The notes under the pieces are model-generated. The model saw only the letters and a program-made list of their open reading frames with translations. It did no database searches and was not told where the DNA came from. Positions 13,785 through 28,071 of a stretch of 64,000 nt of DNA are shown in pieces. The position numbers and the translations under genes are program-made. How positions within the stretch are numbered: position 1 is the stretch's first letter; the number at the start of each line of letters is the position of its first letter. This DNA is from Vicugna vicugna (lineage: Eukaryota): the NCBI GenBank assembly GCA_013265495.1, contig MU058418.1, positions 868,001-932,000 of the forward strand, read 5' to 3'.

Positions 13785-15455
13785 TACTGGAAAATTTAGA
13801 CTTCACCACAATCTCATTTTTCGTGTTGGTGAAGTTAAATCAAGGCTAAGAAAAAAAATGGTGGCACTATGGAAACAGGAATAAACGACTTGGCTTAGAC
13901 AAATGCAAGGAGCTAGGATGGACTTGAAAGCCAAAGTGATGTAGATATGCCTCTTGAAATCAGACTATCAATAATCTAGGACCCTAAGCCCAAAAGAAGG
14001 TTTTCCAGAGCCTAACTAGGTCAGAGACTGCATTCTCTAAATCACTTTTAGCATGTGGGGAGGGCTACAAGCAAAATTGCAGTGTCCATCCAAACAACTA
14101 TCCCTGGTGCTTCAAAGATATGGAATGAGTGGTACAGATTTGGTGACAATAGCCAAATTACAGAGGACACTTCCTATGACTCCATCTATTGTGGTATTAG
14201 GAGACAGGGAGAAAAAGTGAACAAAGAATCCCTTGATACAGAGGACATAAATGTAGAAAGGGAGCCAAAGCAGCTAAACACCACTTCATGCTGCTCCTGA
14301 GATGTTGGGTTAGAGCAAGGAGTAAGTCCTGAGTGGATAGCGGCAAAGTGTGCCAAACAGTGTAATGTGAAGCAGAGCTTTAGCCTTTACGTAATAGCTG
14401 TCATTTCCCAAAAGCCTCCCCCAGTAAACATACAATCTTCTAATACACAGTGAATTTGCCATGCACATACAACTTCAAGATGAGTGACCCCCAAATCCCC
14501 TTTACCATATAGATTGTTATCCCTAGGTTGCTCCTATACAAACATTTGGGAATCACAGGGTGGAGGTGTTAGGGAAGAGGAGATTCAATCTGGAGATTCT
14601 ACTTGCTCACTCACCCTCTTTATATCCTTATGCTAGCTGTTTGCCCACACAATAATAATTAATTCTCCAAGCCCATAGGAGACAAGCAATTAGAGATAGC
14701 AGGTATGCAAGTCCTGTGGGGAATGTTGGATTTTGACTGGTAAGAGTCACTGAGTTGTACAAATAAATAGTGTGCCTTCTTTAGTGAACAGGCAAGATAT
14801 ACAGAGGATTTTTAAACACCAAGGTCAAGCCCTTTGTATCTCAACTCTTATTATATCACTGGCGATAGTACTAAACATCAATGTAGAAAATGAGAAAAGG
14901 GAAGAAATAACTGGTCTACTCTGGAAACAGAAATGGCTGCACGGCTTTCTGTTGTGGGCCCCAGCCTCTAAAGATACACAATACGGTGACGAGAAACCTT
15001 CCCTTAAGTTCTCCTGAATACTCTTCTGTTTCAGAAGGCAGACAGGATACGCTAATAATTTCCTTTCCTGCCTATCTACACTCTAATTGTCTACAATAAT
15101 TCCAGAAATTATAACTGTTGAATTGTTTTTCACTTCCAATGTTACTGGACAAATCTTTTGGATAAAATTCTGATATTTAAGTAAGAAAATGAAGGAATTT
15201 CTACAATAGCCACCTAAAATGAGTTTATCATTTCTTTTAAAGGTTTGAAATATTTTGATTGCATTTCAGTACAGGAATAAATTTTTTAAAAATACCTCTG
15301 TTTATCTCAGAAAAAACAGGTTTTAAAATCAGTATTGAAAACCTCCATACTTTAAGAAACATGAATCAGTCACAGTAACTTTTAAAATCTCTCTTTAGTT
15401 TCAAGGAGACAAAGAAAATCACTGGTCATTAAATGTGTTATACTTATGACTAATA

Positions 15456-15461
15456 TTTATT
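15456..15461 (-). terminator. Candidate polyadenylation signal (distal)
   Basis: AATAAA on the minus strand followed by a U-rich tract (gattttctttgtct). Confidence 0.4.
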
Positions 15462-16120
15462 ATATTCAGTGTAATAGTATAGAGCAAGAAAACTTGGTAG
15501 AGTTGCAACTTTTATGTGCCACATATATAATTCAGCACTGGCTAAAGCCCTTTTTATGATCAATATGATCATTTTATGGGATTTTTACAAGATAAGCAGA
15601 GTGGAACAGTAGCAAAACATTTGATTAGGCATCTCAAGTCTCAGTTTTAGAGTTAATTGTCAAATAATGACTAAGTTATAAATAAAGATTTCTATGATCT
15701 GCTTCCTTAGTTAAGAAGATAGGAAATGAGTGAATTATTAGAGTGAATCCATACAGCGGATAGAAGGCTGGATTAAGTGGTCTTCAGGGATCCACCCAGC
15801 TCTAGGATTTTATGACCAAATGACCTCTACAGTTTCTTCTAGCTCAGAAAACATACGTACTTAGAACATAATTTTTCCCATTTTAAAGTGTTACATAGGT
15901 TACTAGTATATTTTTGCTTTCACAATTCATTGCTGGTGATGTCTATTATTTATCTGATGTCAAGTCTTTAGTCAGAAATCCAACCCCAACTGCAATGTCA
16001 TTCTGGGAAAACATTTCACTTTATAAGGAGTACATTGCAGTAAAAAGTAGAGCCCATCCATGAAACATTAGAAAATACTGTCCCACAAAAGTAACATTTA
16101 CCAACTAAACTCTGGTGTTA

Positions 16121-16126
16121 TTTATT
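16121..16126 (-). terminator. Candidate polyadenylation signal (proximal)
   Basis: mRNA sense reads tgtaactctaaatcAATAAAtaacaccagagtttagttggtaaatgttacttttgtggg, with an upstream UGUA and a downstream GU/U-rich element. Confidence 0.5.
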
Positions 16127-18358
16127 GATTTAGAGTTACACTTTAAGATAGCTGATGCTATTTCTACCTCTTAAGTCCGACAACAACAACAACAACAATA
16201 ATAATAATCCAAAAGTACATTTTTATTTGCAGCAAAATTATAAGATAGATGGTACTTTTAAAGTAGGCATTTAAATTCAATACCAGAAAAACTAAAATGT
16301 GATGTTTAATTATATATGAAGTTTTTAAAATGTACTTAAAAATCAAATACAGCACTACAATTTCCTTAAGCTACTTTCTTTATTTCCAAGTGTCAAAAAG
16401 TAAAGATGTTCTTGTGCACATACATATGCTACGAGTCTAGGAATTCAGAACTATGCAAAGAATTTTTCAACACAACTTAAAAAATGAAATATTTACACAC
16501 TTTACAGTGTAATGCTTAATACTGATTTTGAAATCTATTGCTGATGCTACTTTTAAATGGCAATGACTCAACCAGAAAAATAGTAAAGGCTGCCTTTTTT
16601 CTTTTGTAAAGTGCTTATTAGCAACCATATCCAAAGGCAATGGTTTTTAGAAATATGTAATATTAAAAGGTGCTCAAAGAGTCACTACTTACAGAACTGA
16701 ATATTCCATTTTGTAACTTTGCACATGTAAACTGATTTTATCTGCATTAATGAAAGATTGCTTTCAATGGTCCTCAACTATATACTTCAAATCAAGATAG
16801 TGCTATTAGCATCAGCAGTGTGAACAGTAACAGCAGAACAAAACTCAGCACATTTTAAATGGATCACAGCAGACTAGAAAAACTATAACTAACAGCTTTT
16901 GGATATGTTACATATGTAAGGATAAGCCTTCTCTTTCACTCTGCATATATAGTAGACATTTAAAAAATAATAAAAACACTTTCTTGTCTCTATAATAGCA
17001 TTGTACAGTGTATGAAGGGATTCAAACTCTTGTACCAATAAATCAAACTCGTTTCTATATAGAGCAGCCTTGAAATTCTCCAGCATTTAAAACAAAGCCT
17101 ATTTCCACCAAGACAGTGAGAAGGAATTAACAAATAAAACACCTAACACTGAAAACCTGAGGGGAAAAAATGTGAATAATTCTGAAATGATGACTTTTTT
17201 GGAAAGGTTGATATAAACATTCCAAAATAGAATTTGTTTTCTGTGTATGATATATCTGACTTAATTTCAACCATATATCACTTTTATCTGATTTAAATAA
17301 TTTAGAAAAAATAAGCATCATCTTAACTGACCTGCTTTCTGTATCAGATTCTCATTCTGACTCATGCCCCCAGTATGAGCCATTCAACAGTTTTATAGTG
17401 AGCATCCTTTCAGGTCCGAGTCTATTTTCTGAAGCTTAAGCTTTTTTTACAACTCCTTTCTCTCCCCACAAAAACTCCCCATATATCCCAAGAGAAAATT
17501 TATATTAAAAAATTACAATTTAAATACAGTGTGATAATGCTACATTTGATTTAAAGTAGTAATAAATTATAAATTGCCAAATAACTTAATGTAATTCACA
17601 ATGCAAATCCCTAGTATAAAAAGAATCCATCTTGCCCTGAATGTAATAAAGCAGTCCAGTGATTTCAAATTACTTATGAAATAAAGGCAAAAATAAGGTG
17701 TAAAATACTATTTATAAAAGTCAAGTAAGAAACCAGTTACCATAAATCTTTCTACAAAGATAAATGAAATGTGCCTTCATACTTCTAAAAATTGTAAGGG
17801 GGGAGTATAATTAGTGGTTTCAAAACTGACTTTAAGGAAACTAGAGATTGAATTACACATTATTTGTAATGTATGACATATTAAATATATATGTGACAAT
17901 AATACTGCAATGGTGAGTGATTTAATCTTTGGATCTGCTACTTTTTGGCATTTGAATTTTTTTCCAAAATCTTTGCTATGACTGATTAATTTTGAAATGT
18001 TAAGTTTCCAAAAACTTTGCTACTTGAGATACCATGATAATAGGGAGATACCAGAAGTCTCAAATAGTAAATATGCCTACAAAACAAAATAAAGATTCTT
18101 CTTGCATCTTTTGTTATTGTAACAAATACACTTCAAAATAGACAACATTGCTATGCCTGGAAATTAAGAATACCCAAACTCTTAAAAAGGGACTGGAAAA
18201 GAAAAGAAAAATTGAAAATTCTTATTTAAAATAAATCTGAAGTCCTTGCATTTCTTAAGAACTTGATTTGTCAAATCATAGTTTATCTTCCTTTGTACCA
18301 AGCTGTATCTTCCACCATTCATCCATGGGATACGATGTAAATCTCCACTTCGTAGGTT

Positions 18359-18414
18359 TCAGTTTGAATTTTCTTGAACATTTGCAAAGCTTGCACTAGA
18401 CTTGAGACGTTTGG
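18359..18414 (-). CDS. OSTM1: OSTM1 coding exon 6 (coding part, ends in TGA)
   Basis: (P)KRLKSSASFANVQENSN*. Acceptor atttag. Completes a 1011-nt frame. Confidence 0.95.
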
Positions 18415-19099
18415 CTAAATAAATCAAAAGTATTATATTTTAATTTAATTTTAATTCTCTAAATATGATTATTTATCATTTTTATGTAAACTATAGTATT
18501 CATCTATTAACTCTGTTTGAATCTGAATAGATTCAATATTATAAGAATTAAAACCTAAGTCTATTTTTTCCTATCAACCTCAAAAAACTTAACTTTGCTA
18601 GAAGCTGCACATGACTTTGTTAGAAGCAGTACCAAATAAAATAGACATAATTTATATAAACTTGAACACCACAATCTTAAATATGTAATATAAGTGAAAG
18701 TACTCTATTTAAAAAATGAAAGTGCCATAAGGTAAAGTAATAAAATTATATATTTAAAAGTCTAAGTTAGAAATCCAAATCTAAATTTCTCTTAATTCAG
18801 TGAAAGAACTCTGTAATGTTAAACAAAACAAAACATTTAAATGGCTTACAGAGAAAACTGAGTTGTACATTACACACATGTGCAAACATATATAGCTGCT
18901 AATAAAATATATACAATCAATTTTGATCATGATGCTAATGGGACTCGGTCATTAGAGTTAATAAAGTCATGGTTATTTGGCTTTGTAATATGTTTTGTAG
19001 TTATAGTTAAAGATAAATGTTTCTCATGTTCCAGAAATCGAAAACAACCATACCGTAGTGAAAGTATCTTACACTAGATAAATAGGAATCTCTCTACTT

Positions 19100-19235
19100 C
19101 AGAGGTTCTCAACACTAGTGTAGAGGTTATGATGTAAAAGGCCTACAGTGGGCCCCAGGCATTTGTTTTTTGTTTAATTTTTTTTTAAAGCTCTGCAGAC
19201 AATTCTGATATCTGGTCAAGGATGAGAACCACTGT
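19100..19235. mobile_element. MER5A-like hAT MITE
   Basis: Inverted termini cagaggttctcaa and tgagaaccactg. Confidence 0.65.
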
Positions 19236-20091
19236 TCTAGTTTCTATCAGGGTCCCCTCTGACAACCAGTGTAAGTGCAAGATGACAACATAACTTCTTG
19301 GACCAGTATATTGCTGCAGCCTAACCTTAAAAACAACTTTAACTCAAAAACAGCTTAAACTAAAAGTATACTCTTTAAGTCTTCAGTGGATTTAGAAGGT
19401 AAACTAAATGAAAAGTTTTTGTCTTAAATTAGGTTGTTTAAAATTATTAAAAGTAATGCAGTTTCTCACTAATTACCAAGTTTATTAAACTAACCAGGTA
19501 GCAATACCAATTAGTACATATACCTACAACTTCCTTGCTTCCTTATTCTCTATCTGATTATTCCCTACATCCTTCAAAATTCTACCCCAGGGATAATCTA
19601 GTGGTGAATTCCAACACCCCTAATGCAGAGTTCATCTTATCCTCCTCTGTGGTCCAATCACACTGTATATACCTCTACTACATTTGTTGTAATAATTGGA
19701 TTATGGTCAGTATGTTCTTTGAGGGTATCCACTGTGCCTTGTTCCTTTTTTAAATCCTTAATTCCTACTATAGGACTTGATGAATGGGATCATATAAAAT
19801 GGTGGCATAAAGAAAAGTAAATTAAAATGTCCATGAGGTAACAGCACAAGAACTGTTTGCCTATACCAGCATTTCTTTAAGTTCATCATTTAACTCATAA
19901 ACAATGTTTCTGTGAAACATTAATAGGTATTATGCAAAGGTTCTATTGTCAAGTTTGGGGAATGTAATCTCAGAGGCCTTAGTTTATCTTCAGGTACATT
20001 ATGAAGCTCATGAAAATGATTTTCACAGGACTAGTATTTGGAGGAAAACACTCCAGGAAATGCTACCTTTAAATATAAAATATAATGTTCT

Positions 20092-20995
20092 TTTATTCAA
20101 CAAATATTTTTGAGCACATACTATGGGCCAGGTATTTTCTGGATGCTGGTGATATATTAATGAGCAAGATAAACAAAATCTTTTTTCTGATTGAGTTTAT
20201 AGTCAAGTCAGGGTAGACAAACAAGTAAGGTAGAAAATAAGTGGAAAAGGTAGTTTAAGTAGTGATTAAGTGCTATTAAAGAAGGATGTATAAAAATTAA
20301 AAGAAGGGTGTATTCTTAGGTGGGGGGGTCATAAAAGGTCTCCTTGTGTAGTAACCTCTGACCTAAGGCCTGGGTGACAAGGAACCACTCAAGGAAAGTG
20401 GGGAGGACAAGTATAAGAGCCTTGGAAAGAGGGGAATGAGAATTATCTTGGTGTTTGAGAGGAGCAGAAAAAAGGCTCCACTGCTTATGTACAGTATCAC
20501 TGGCTAAGAAGGGGTGGATGCAAGATGTTTAGGAAGGTGGATTGGGGACCAGGTCACCTGCAGCTCAGAGAGCAGACCCTGGAATAAGTTTAGTTTTTAT
20601 TCTAGGTGCAACAGGGACACAGGAAGAATTTCAAATGGGAGAGGAGCATGGTAAAATTTGTGTTTAAAAGTTTACTCTAGCCACTATATGGAGAATGGAT
20701 TATGGTGGGTCAAGAAATGGAAGCAGGTACACTGGTTAAGGGACCCCTGCATTAGTGCAGATAAGAGACGATGATGCCTTGAGCTCTAAGGTGTCACTGG
20801 TGGAGGTAGAGAAGAGATAACTTAAGATATATCTTTGGAAATAGAGCTGGCAATACTAGCTGATGAATTGAAAAGGGGTGCAGACGGGAATATGGGAATG
20901 AGGAAATAAAAGAAAAGAAGAAGAATTAAGAAGTTAAAAGACAACAAGATTTGTAGCTTGTACAAGCAGACGAGTGGTAGTGACTTTTCCTGTGA
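20092..20995 (-). mobile_element. L2 LINE remnant
   Basis: Starts attcaacaaatatttttgagcacatactatgggccagg, followed by a purine-rich L2 body. Confidence 0.7.
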
Positions 20996-21886
20996 AAACA
21001 ATCAATCAATCAAAGAAACAAAACACTGATCAGAAGTAGTATATATCTCCTGCAGAGATAAATACACTTGCAAAGCAAATAAAATGCTAAACTTTAAAAG
21101 TACACCAAGCCCTGAAAAGTAAATTTTCACAACAGTGAGGTCCCTGCAATGTTTTGTTATTATTCTAAAAAGTGCTTTTAGGACTGAGTTATTACATATT
21201 TACAGAATGCTGGCAATCTTCAAAATGCTTTACTAAATATACCCATGATAAAGACCTTCTCCTCTAGTAGCTAGCTTTTTGAGGTGACAAGCATTACAAA
21301 TTTAGTTCAAACTGATCTACAAATAACCTGTTTTTTTGTTTTTAAAGTCAGATACATTAGAAATGAAGTTAGATAAATCATGAAGTGCTGGAAAGAAATT
21401 AACAGAAAGGAAAGGAATCAATAGGTATTGAGCATGTGCTAAACATCAAGTAACTTTCTTGCAACTACAATTTCAATTTGTTCCTAAACAAACTGTCTGT
21501 GTATAAGCTACAGTTTCTCTCTGCCTGCCGCTCTGTTAGGTGGCTCTGCCATGGCTCTAATGGGCCAAAGAACTCCCTACTATGTATCTCCCTACTATGG
21601 CCATTTCAGGTCTGCACAGCCTTTGCAGCTATTCCTTTGTTGATGTCAACCTTATTCCAGGGAATCTAGCTTTCTCAGTTAAAGCATCAAAGATACTGCA
21701 TGTTGACCTTATAAACTTACACATCTCTGCCATTAGTGAGCAAAACTGTAAAATTTGAAGAAAAGAGCTGTTTTAGGGTAATATAGTTTGAGTTCTCAGA
21801 GTATATATCATTTCTAAAACAGGAGTAGATTTTTTAAAATACAGGTTTTTATCTAAATAAATGAACAATTGTAAAAATAAACTTAC

Positions 21887-22052
21887 GTAGAATGAGTTTG
21901 CGTTTCTTTTGCTCTGAGTGAAGAAAGCTACTAAGGTAGAATACAACAGGTAGAAAGAGAATGAACACAGAAACAGCAATTACAGGCACTGTGTCACTGC
22001 AAAGGACTGAACAGTTGAAAGTTCGACTCCACAGTTTTCGAGTAATATTCAT
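21887..22052 (-). CDS. OSTM1: OSTM1 coding exon 5 (166 nt, transmembrane helix and basic juxtamembrane segment)
   Basis: [55 protein letters not shown] plus 1 nt. Acceptor ttccag, donor gtaagt. Confidence 0.96.
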
Positions 22053-24118
22053 CTGGAACAATAACAAATAATGTTACTCTATTTTAAATTTAATTTGTCT
22101 TGTCTTCAATTTCATAAAATTATTTTATTAACAACAAGAACCCAGAATTTAGACTAAACATACATCCCTAAAAAATTATATTAATAGTTGAGGACAATTT
22201 CTTCTACCAGGGAAATAAGTTGGTTCACAATTAGTCATTGTATAAATTTACATCCATATAGAAATTCCATATTTTAAATTCATAATACTGTCCAAAAAAT
22301 GTCAACTTTTCACAGAGTTCAGAGAACTTACATCATAGGAATATAGTTAGACCATGCTTCATTCATTAAAAATTTAAAGATTTAAAGGGGTAACTATGAC
22401 AGATAATGGATGTTAATTAACTCAATTGTGGGAATCCTTTCACAATGTTTATGTACATCAAATCATAACATGGTACACTTTAAATATATTACAATTTTGT
22501 CAATCACACGTCAATTAAACTAGGGGGAGGGGAAGGCTCACAAAAACAAAATATTTTTTCATATGTTACCTATATAATATCACTGAGGTTGTTGCAATAT
22601 TTTTAGATGGAAATAAAAATATCAACTTCATAGGGCTTCTCTTCAAGAGATGATTGTATGAAATGCTTAATATCTTACCTAAGATATTATGAAAGATTCA
22701 TACTCATGGCAAGTTATTTCTAAGTACTTAACAGCTAATGAGCCATGGAAACTTTATTAGACAATATCAATATCTTATTTAGTAGCATATGTTAGATACA
22801 TTTAGGGGCAGCAGTACCTCAGTTTCACTTAGGTCAAGGCTTCTGCCAAACAGGTAAGTGATGTAAGGAAATTATCAAATTTAATGTAGAAAACTGTTCT
22901 TGCCTGAATTTTGTTTAATTTAGATATGGTTTACAAACGGTGCATTGTATGTTTTAAGTTTTGCTTACTGCAAGATGGATGTTCTAAAATACGTGGTCAT
23001 GTTGATTTCCTGTATAATCCAACTTATGTCATAGAATCAATATTCATTTTTCTTCTTTATTTTAAAAACAATAAAATAGACTCTTTATTTTTTAAAATAT
23101 AGTTATTATTTATTGAGAACCTATCAGAAGCCAGGTACTATTCTAGACATTAGGAACAGAACAGTAACAAATAAAAATCCCCATGGAGCATCTGTTTTAA
23201 GTGCATTTTACCATCGTGAATATTACTGATCCACTATGGTTCACTCTGAGCTGCTATAATTCACACTCTTCATTCTCAACCATTAAGTTTACCAATTTTG
23301 ACCACAAGTTCTCTGCTTATAGTCAATAATTTCTCAATTTCCTCTAATGCCTCAATACTCAGGTATCCTATTCCCATAAAAAGGCATGATCGCCATCTAG
23401 TGGTGCCCTATGTAAAGGCAGGCTATTCAATGGAGAAAAAAAGGTTTTTGGTTGATCATTCAATCAATACATGTTACTAAGAGCCTCCTATTTGCCAGGC
23501 ACTGTTCTAGATATTGAACAGTGAACAAAAAGGACATGAAGTCCTTGTCCTCATGTGGCTTATAGTTTAGTGAGGGTAGACAGACTATAAATAAGTAAAC
23601 ATCCCTTTTCAGATGGTAATAGACAAAGAAATAAAGCAATGGGACAGGAAGTAATTGAGAAACAGTTTCAGAAACATGGTAGTGAAACCTAGAAACTTCT
23701 TGTATTAGCAACAAGTGCACAAGAAAATGAAATGCAAACATTTAACCACATCCACACCTCTGAAAATAATACACATTATCAAACTTAAAAAACAATTTTT
23801 TAAATGGAGTAGAATCTATAAAAATATCAAATTTCTATGTTGTATGCCTGAAACTAATATAACATTGTAAATCAACAACACTTTAATTTAAAAAACCCAA
23901 ATGTACCAAATTATCAACTTGTTTAAGAAGTACCTGATTAATTTCCATTGTTGTTTGACAGATCAGGATATTCTAAGACTTAACTACTTTATAACTAGTT
24001 ATTTCTGGCTGAAGACAGCATATGCACATTCCAATATACTTCTAAGAGGGATAATAATTCTAAAGGCATATTTAACAACACTGCAAAATATGTATCATAT
24101 CAGAAGCAAAGTACTTAC

Positions 24119-24286
24119 TGCATCTTCCACATCAATGCATAGATGTGTTCCAGATTCAGCCTTATTTTCAAGTTCATTCATTTTTTGCATTTCACTGTAT
24201 AGATTACTCAGAGCTTTGTATGCTTCGCCACAGTTTTTGCATACTTCTGAATAATTTCTCAGCTGTAGATGACTATGTGTGCTCCC
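24119..24286 (-). CDS. OSTM1: OSTM1 coding exon 4 (168 nt)
   Basis: Not in the ORF track, translated by hand: [56 protein letters not shown]. Acceptor ttttag, donor gtaagt. Confidence 0.95.
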
Positions 24287-25341
24287 CTAAAATGTCAAAG
24301 GTACATGTAACACACACAAAAAATATAACATCTCTTTAACTTAAGCTATTTGCCCTCCTACAGGACAGAAAACAGTAGAGCATGTTAAAGTGCTGAGCTG
24401 TGACGTTAGACAGGTTGCTAAATCATTCTGAGACTCAGTTTTATCATCTATAAAACAGGAATACGCTTATCTCTATCATAGGTCCCAAGGATTAGAGACT
24501 GGTATGTAAAACACAGCAAAATACTTGGCATTTTTCTAGTTGCTCTTAAATTTTGAAAACCACTGCACTAGCCACTGTTAACTGTGGATAACACTAGCTC
24601 ATAGGCCAAATTATTGATATCTAAATATAAATATTTCCCAAGTTACCTTATCATTTATACATCTGCTCTTATCTATTCTACTTCCAAGGAATAAATAAAA
24701 TATGCCCTTGCCTGTGCTGACTTCAACAATGAAGTCTGCCTTCCTGAGAGAGGGAGGACTTTATTGACAGAAAAGGAAAAGTCACCAAAACTACATCTCT
24801 TCTCAACCCTCTCACCCCAAGGCTTATAATCCAGGCCTTTCTAGTCAACAAAAAGGGACTAACACCAAAGAACTGTATAACCTAAAATGAAAGTAGCGGG
24901 TATAACACACAAGACATTATGTTTAGTGAATTTCAATCTTTTCCACTTCCTGGACTAACACTTGTACTTCAAGAACAAGTTTGCTGAACAGTCAGTTCAC
25001 ACCTTTGTTTTCTATTTCCTTCATTCTTTACCTTGATGCCTAGAGAAATGATATTAATTGAATACCACAATGAAAAAGAAAAGGAAAAATTAAAGGAATT
25101 AACCTGATGTAGCCCCTAAAATGTTACCCTCACTATCTATTTGATAGAGAAACTCAATCCCCCTTTAGTTCTGCCACAAGAAATAGCCCATTGCCTGTTT
25201 TTCACAGAACAATTGTGCATTTAGCTAAATGTGTTCAATTAAAAGTTGAGCACAACACCTAGTTGGGGGGGGTAATTTAGTCACTTATATTAAAACTGAA
25301 AGTGCACATATATTTTGACACTTCAATTTCACTTCTAGGAA

Positions 25342-28071
25342 AAAATCAACGAAACCAAAAGCTGGTTTTTTGAAAAAATAAATAAAATCGACAAACCTCT
25401 GGCCAAACTCACAAAGAAGAAAAAAGAGAGAGCACAAATTAGCAAAATAAGAAAGGAATATGGAGAAATTACAACAAACAAAATAGAAATACAGAATATC
25501 ATACGAGAATATTATGAAAAACTCTATGGAACCAAACTGGATAACCTAGAGGAGATGGACAAGTTTCTGGAAACATACTGTCCACCAAAACTGAATCAAG
25601 AAGAAACTGAACACTTGAACAACCCGATCACTAGAAAGGAAATAGAAATAGCAATTAAAAACCTCCCTACAAATAAAAGTCCAGGACCGGACGGCTTCAC
25701 CGGGGAATTCTACCAAACATACAAAGAAGAACTCATACCAGTCCTTCTCAAACTCTTCCAGATGATTGAAAAGGAGGGAATACTCCCAAACTCATTCTAT
25801 GAAGCCACCATCACCCTGATACCAAAACCAGGCAAAGACACTACAAAAAAAGAGAATTATAGGCCAATATCACTGATGAACATAGACGCCAAAATCCTCA
25901 CCAAAATTTTAGCAAATAGAATCCAACAACACATAAAAAAGATTATACATCATGACCAAGTGGGGTTCATCCCAGGGACACAAGGCTGGTTCAACATACG
26001 CAAATCAATCAATGTAATACATCACATCAACAAGAGAAAGGACAAAAACCACATGATCATCTCAATCGATGCAGAAAAAGCATTTGATAAAATTCAACAC
26101 CCATTTATGATAAAAACTCTCGCCAAAGTGGGTATAGAGGGAACATATCTCAACATAATAAAAGCTATATATGACAAACCTACAGCCAGCATAGTTCTCA
26201 ACGGTGAAAAACTCAAAAGCTTCCCACTAAAATCTGGGACAAGACAAGGATGCCCACTATCACCACTCCTATTCAACATAGTCCTGGAAGTCCTAGCCAC
26301 AGCAATCAGGCAAGAGAAAGAAATAAAAGGGATCCAAATTGGAAAAGAAGAGGTAAAAGTGTCATTATATGCTGACGACATGTTACTATATATAGAAAAC
26401 CCTAAAAGGTCCACAAAAAAGCTACTAGAGCTGATCGAAGAATTCAGCAAGGTAGCAGGTTACAAAATTAATGTTCAAAAATCAGTTGCCTTTCTTTACA
26501 CTAACGATAAATCAACAGAAAAAGAAAGTAAAGAAACAATCCCCTTTAAAATAGCACCCAAAGTAATAAAATATCTGGGAATAAATCTAACCAAGGAGGT
26601 GAAAGAATTATACACAGAAAACTATAAACCATTGATGAAGGAAATTAAAGAAGACTTTAAAAAATGGAAAGATATTCCATGCTCTTGGATTGGAAGAATC
26701 AATATTGTTAAAATGGTCACACTGCCCAAGGCAATCTACAGATTTAATGCAATCCCTATCCAATTACCCAGGACATATTTCACAGAACTAGAACAAATCA
26801 TAATAAAATTTATATGGAACCATCAAAGACCTAGAATTGCTAAAGCATTACTGAAGAGAAAGAAAGAGGCTGGAGGAATAACTCTCCCAGACTTCAGACA
26901 ATACTATAGAGCTACAGTCATCAAGACAGCATGGTATTGGTACCAAAACAGACATATAGACCAATGGAACAGAATAGAGAGCCCAGAAATGAACCCACAA
27001 ACTTTTGGTCAACTCATCTTCGACAAAGGAGGCAAGAATATACAATGGAATAAAGACAGTCTCTTCAGCAAATGGTGTTGGGAAAACTGGACAGCAGCAT
27101 GTAAAACAATGAAGCTAGAACACACCCTTACACCATATACAAAAATCAACTCAAAATGGATTAAAGACTTAAACATAAGACAAGATACAATAAACCTCCT
27201 AGAGGAAAACATAGGCAAAACATTATCTGACATACATTTCAAAAATTTTCTCCTAGAAGAAATAAAAGCAAGAATAAACAAATGGGACCTAATGAAACTT
27301 ACAAGCTTCTGCAGAGCAAAGGAAACCAGAAATAAAACAAGAAGAAAACCTACGGAATGGGAGAAAATTTTTGCAAGTGAAACCGACAAAGGCTTGATCT
27401 CCAAAATATATAAGCAGCTCATACGACTCAATAAGAAAAAAATAAACAACCCAATCCAAAAATGGGCAGAAGACCTAAACAAGCAATTCTCCAAGGAAGA
27501 CATACAAATGATCAAAAAGCACATGAAAAAATGTTCAATATCACTAATTATCAGAGAAATGCAAATCAAAACTACAATGAGGTATCACCTCACACCAGTC
27601 AGAATGGCCGTCATTCAAAAATCCAAAAATGACAAATGCTGGAGAGGCTGTGGAGAAAGGGGAACCCTCCTACACTGCTGGTGGGAATGCAGTTTGGTGC
27701 AGCCACTATGGAAAACAGTGTGGAGATTCCTCAAAAGACTAGGAATAGACTTACCATATGACCCAGGAATCCCACTCCTGGGCTTGTACCCAGAAGGAAA
27801 TCTACTTCAGGATGACACCTGCACCCCAATGTTCATAGCAGCACTATTTACAATAGCCAAAACATGGAAACAGCCTAAATGTCCATCAACAGGTGACTGG
27901 ATAAAGAAGATGTGGTATATTTATACAATGGAATACTACTCAGCCATAAAAACCGACAACATAATGCCATTTGCAGCAACATGGATGCTCCTAGAGAATG
28001 TCATTCTAAGTGAAGTAAGCCAGAAAGAGAAAGAAAAATACCATATGAGATCGCTCATATGTGGAATCTAA
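25342..28071 (+). CDS. L1 ORF2 fragment (reverse transcriptase and C-terminal Cys-rich domain, no endonuclease, probably not expressed)
   Basis: The frame is open from the 5' junction ([12 protein letters not shown]...). It includes [20 protein letters not shown] and CWRGC...HCWWEC, and ends in TAA. Confidence 0.9.
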   Translation, partial: KINETKSWFFEKINKIDKPLAKLTKKKKERAQISKIRKEYGEITTNKIEIQNIIREYYEKLYGTKLDNLEEMDKFLETYCPPKLNQEETEHLNNPITRKEIEIAIKNLPTNKSPGPDGFTGEFYQTYKEELIPVLLKLFQMIEKEGILPNSFYEATITLIPKPGKDTTKKENYRPISLMNIDAKILTKILANRIQQHIKKIIHHDQVGFIPGTQGWFNIRKSINVIHHINKRKDKNHMIISIDAEKAFDKIQHPFMIKTLAKVGIEGTYLNIIKAIYDKPTASIVLNGEKLKSFPLKSGTRQGCPLSPLLFNIVLEVLATAIRQEKEIKGIQIGKEEVKVSLYADDMLLYIENPKRSTKKLLELIEEFSKVAGYKINVQKSVAFLYTNDKSTEKESKETIPFKIAPKVIKYLGINLTKEVKELYTENYKPLMKEIKEDFKKWKDIPCSWIGRINIVKMVTLPKAIYRFNAIPIQLPRTYFTELEQIIIKFIWNHQRPRIAKALLKRKKEAGGITLPDFRQYYRATVIKTAWYWYQNRHIDQWNRIESPEMNPQTFGQLIFDKGGKNIQWNKDSLFSKWCWENWTAACKTMKLEHTLTPYTKINSKWIKDLNIRQDTINLLEENIGKTLSDIHFKNFLLEEIKARINKWDLMKLTSFCRAKETRNKTRRKPTEWEKIFASETDKGLISKIYKQLIRLNKKKINNPIQKWAEDLNKQFSKEDIQMIKKHMKKCSISLIIREMQIKTTMRYHLTPVRMAVIQKSKNDKCWRGCGERGTLLHCWWECSLVQPLWKTVWRFLKRLGIDLPYDPGIPLLGLYPEGNLLQDDTCTPMFIAALFTIAKTWKQPKCPSTGDWIKKMWYIYTMEYYSAIKTDNIMPFAATWMLLENVILSEVSQKEKEKYHMRSLICGI

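Larger units (their letters stand above)
15440..18358 (-). other. OSTM1: OSTM1 3'UTR (distal end uncertain)
   Basis: AT-rich, repeat-poor sequence after the stop codon. Minus-strand AATAAA at 16379-16384, 16222-16227, 16121-16126 and 15456-15461. Confidence 0.6.

Noticed and set aside
23901..24339. Plus-strand ORFs of 117 and 64 aa
   Set aside because: Antisense to OSTM1 exon 4. The real coding frame is on the minus strand.
27009..27569. 186-aa minus-strand ORF (also 26094-26450, 26848-27045 and 28055-28402)
   Set aside because: Antisense shadow frames of the L1, a common artefact.
25555..28071. Reverse transcriptase as part of a novel RT system (retron, DGR or domesticated gene)
   Set aside because: It is an ordinary 5'-truncated L1 ORF2 with 3'UTR, A tail and TSD.
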